From Lentisphaerota bacterium (GTDB lineage Bacteria > Verrucomicrobiota > Kiritimatiellia > UBA8416 > JAUUYL01): 64,000 nt of DNA. A program made the translations under genes and the position numbers. This document shows positions 61,949 through 64,000 of the stretch, piece by piece; the first letter of the stretch is position 1; every line of letters begins with the position of its first letter. The notes under the pieces are model-generated. The model was not told the origin of the DNA. It ran no database searches and saw only the letters and a program-made list of their open reading frames with translations. The stretch spans positions 7,878 through 71,877 of the forward strand of contig JAUUYL010000004.1 of the NCBI GenBank assembly GCA_030590485.1. Reading direction: 5' to 3'.

Positions 61949-63298
61949 TCATACCACAAAATCGCTTTTCTTAAACTCGATTTTCTTGTTTGTTCCTATA
62001 GCTCTATTCACTGCAAGAACGGCCACCGCTGTCGCATAACCCATCTCTGCCGGGCAATTCAGCGTGCATTGACCGCGAATAGCGTCAAAGAAATTCTCCA
62101 GGTGCGGCTGATGCGGAAGTTTTGCCAACTCGATTGGAAGCGGCCACTGGGGCATTCCGGGGCTTTCCCTTGCATCGAGCTTTACATTCTTGGTCTTCAC
62201 TTTGACCATGCTCTTGCCTTCAGGCTTAAGAAGACCTTCCTGAACCATGACATTCCAGTCCGGAGCATGCTTTTCACGCTCTATGGTGTTACCCCTTTGA
62301 GCAACTTCCGAAATGAGTAATGTCCCGTTCACACCCATAAATGCTTCCGAGTTGCCACCGTGACTGCTGGTAGTAAGCGTTTCGTAAAACGCCCTGGACA
62401 CACCATGCTTTGTCTCGTACTCATATATGCACAGAGCGTTGTCATACCACTCATGATGAGTGTGATAATCAGTCCCGCCCGATGCGATCACCGACTTGGG
62501 CGTAGTATGAAAAACCCACTCGAATATATCGATCTGATGAGAGCCCAGATCCACAATAGGCCCGCCACCGTATTTCTTGTACATACGCCAGTTGAGAAAC
62601 TGTTGCATTGATGCATAGCCGTACTTTGCGAGAATATCAGGCGGAATAACATCCCTGAACGCACATCCAATATCCTGAGCAGCCGAGACCGCCCTGTTCC
62701 ACTGAGCGTTAGCATGAGTGACCTGGCCCAGTATATTAGACTCATGAACAAGCTTATCAATAGCATGAATATAGCGAGGATTACTTCTGCGCTGGTGCCC
62801 GATTTGAAGCAACTTCTTCGTACGCCGTGCGGCCAGAACCATCTGCTTCGCCTTTTCGAGAGAATTCGACATCTCTTTCTCACTGTAAACATGATGCCCC
62901 GCCTCCATCGCAGCAATAGAATGCTCTGCATGCAACCAGTCAGGCGTAGCCACTATCACCGCGTCCAAGTCCTTTTCATTCGCAAGCATTTCCTGATAAT
63001 CAATATACTCGTTTGGCTCGTGTTTATATGTCTTAAGGTAATCAACCGCTACCTTCCTGTTCTTGTCCCATATATCACATACTGCTTTAAACCTGATTCC
63101 GGGAATAGATAGGCATGAATTGATCAGAGCCTTCTTGCCCTGCTGACCGACACCTATGATGGCAACATTCAGATCATCGGTCTTCTTTACCGGCGCCGCT
63201 ACTGTAGCTAAATCTTGCGCTAATGCACGCTGAGCCATGGCAATACCAGCTCCCGCAACACTAACGGACTTTACAAATTCTCTTCTGCTAATCTGCAT
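61949..63298 (-). CDS. Tat-exported Gfo/Idh/MocA-family oxidoreductase
   Basis: Twin-arginine signal MQISRREFVKSVSVAGAGIAMAQRALA. Rossmann motif LNVAIIGVGQQGK. GFOR-like size. Confidence 0.8.
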   Translation of the reverse strand: MQISRREFVKSVSVAGAGIAMAQRALAQDLATVAAPVKKTDDLNVAIIGVGQQGKKALINSCLSIPGIRFKAVCDIWDKNRKVAVDYLKTYKHEPNEYIDYQEMLANEKDLDAVIVATPDWLHAEHSIAAMEAGHHVYSEKEMSNSLEKAKQMVLAARRTKKLLQIGHQRRSNPRYIHAIDKLVHESNILGQVTHANAQWNRAVSAAQDIGCAFRDVIPPDILAKYGYASMQQFLNWRMYKKYGGGPIVDLGSHQIDIFEWVFHTTPKSVIASGGTDYHTHHEWYDNALCIYEYETKHGVSRAFYETLTTSSHGGNSEAFMGVNGTLLISEVAQRGNTIEREKHAPDWNVMVQEGLLKPEGKSMVKVKTKNVKLDARESPGMPQWPLPIELAKLPHQPHLENFFDAIRGQCTLNCPAEMGYATAVAVLAVNRAIGTNKKIEFKKSDFVV

Positions 63299-63427
63299 TA
63301 TAGTTATCTCCTGTTATAAACTATTGATTATTAACGTCTAATAATTACACAAAAACAAGCAAAATTCTTGTACATTTCACGCATTTAGTTGTAAAAAATT
63401 CCATCGAGCAGGCGTTCATACCAGAGC

Positions 63428-64000
63428 CTAGCCATTCAAGATAGAATTCCATTTCCCATAAGAATCATCGAGAACTTGCTTTAATTCCGGATCAGGCTCT
63501 ATTGATTCCTGAGGCTCAAGGCTGGAAAACGCCTCTTTTGCGGACTTGTATATTCCTGCGCCTATGCCTGCACCGCGCGCCGCGCCAAGTGCGCCGTCAG
63601 TATTGTAGAGCTCCACAACCGCGCCAGTAACCGTAGCAAATGTTTTCTGGAATATCGGACTGATAAACATATTCGCACGTCCAGCACGGGCTGTACCAAT
63701 CGTCAGCCCCATGTCTTTCATGATGTCCATGCCATATTTAAGCGCAAAGACGATGCCCTCCTGAGCCGCCCTGAACATATGTGCCTGCGTATGGCGATTG
63801 AAATCCAACCCATGAACCGAAGCTCCAACATTCTTATTACCAAGCGTCCGTTCCGCACCGTTACCATAAGGAAGAAGCATCAAGCCGTCAGACCCGGCAG
63901 CAACTTCCCCTGCCATCCGGTCCATTTCTTTGTAATCAAGACCACCGGCAACATTATGCTTTAGCCAACTGTTAAGGATTCCTGTACCATTGAGACATAA
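63428..64000 (-). CDS. FGGY-family carbohydrate kinase (xylulokinase/glycerol-kinase-like), C-terminal part; the gene continues beyond the window end
   Basis: FGGY C-terminal domain GSDGLMLLPYGNGAERT...GGALGAARGAGIGAG-like. The in-frame translation continues upstream to position 64000 (…HNVAGGLDYKEMD). Confidence 0.7.
   Translation of the reverse strand, partial: LCLNGTGILNSWLKHNVAGGLDYKEMDRMAGEVAAGSDGLMLLPYGNGAERTLGNKNVGASVHGLDFNRHTQAHMFRAAQEGIVFALKYGMDIMKDMGLTIGTARAGRANMFISPIFQKTFATVTGAVVELYNTDGALGAARGAGIGAGIYKSAKEAFSSLEPQESIEPDPELKQVLDDSYGKWNSILNG

Overview
Bacterial chromosomal window of about 50% GC, most likely from a Gram-negative anaerobe. It is gene-dense and mostly on the minus strand. 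From start to end it contains the following.

1. A 2-oxoacid (pyruvate/acetoin-type) dehydrogenase operon: a DeoR regulator, a fused E1 alpha-beta, E2, lipB, lipA, E3 and an SDR.
2. Housekeeping genes: ychF, a phosphohexomutase, rluD, lgt, a 6-phosphofructokinase, an RpiB-GlyA fusion, tsaC, purE and purD.
3. A large nitrogen-assimilation island: an Rh-type channel, a porin, glnK, amtB with a sigma-54 promoter, a divergent GAF/sigma-54 activator, an NrpR-like regulator, gdhA, a Cys-less PurF paralog, NfnAB-like genes and a type III glutamine synthetase.
4. A Wood-Ljungdahl-type methylene-THF reductase module: a giant HdrA-GltD fusion (HdrL-like), mvhD, hdrC, hdrB, metV and metF.
5. A tRNA-Ala(GGC) followed by a GIY-YIG ORF with no canonical start codon.
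6. A 7-heme cytochrome c fused to a cytochrome-b-like membrane anchor, next to ApbE and a discoidin-domain protein.

The non-coding features are a 3-copy GC-rich hairpin repeat family, a MITE-like element with inverted repeats, inverted tandem-repeat arrays in a 467-bp intergenic region, several intrinsic terminators, a remnant 3' fragment of a gltD/nfnB-like gene and a frameshifted TlpA-like lipoprotein gene.

All calls come from reading the translations and the DNA by eye. No database searches were run.
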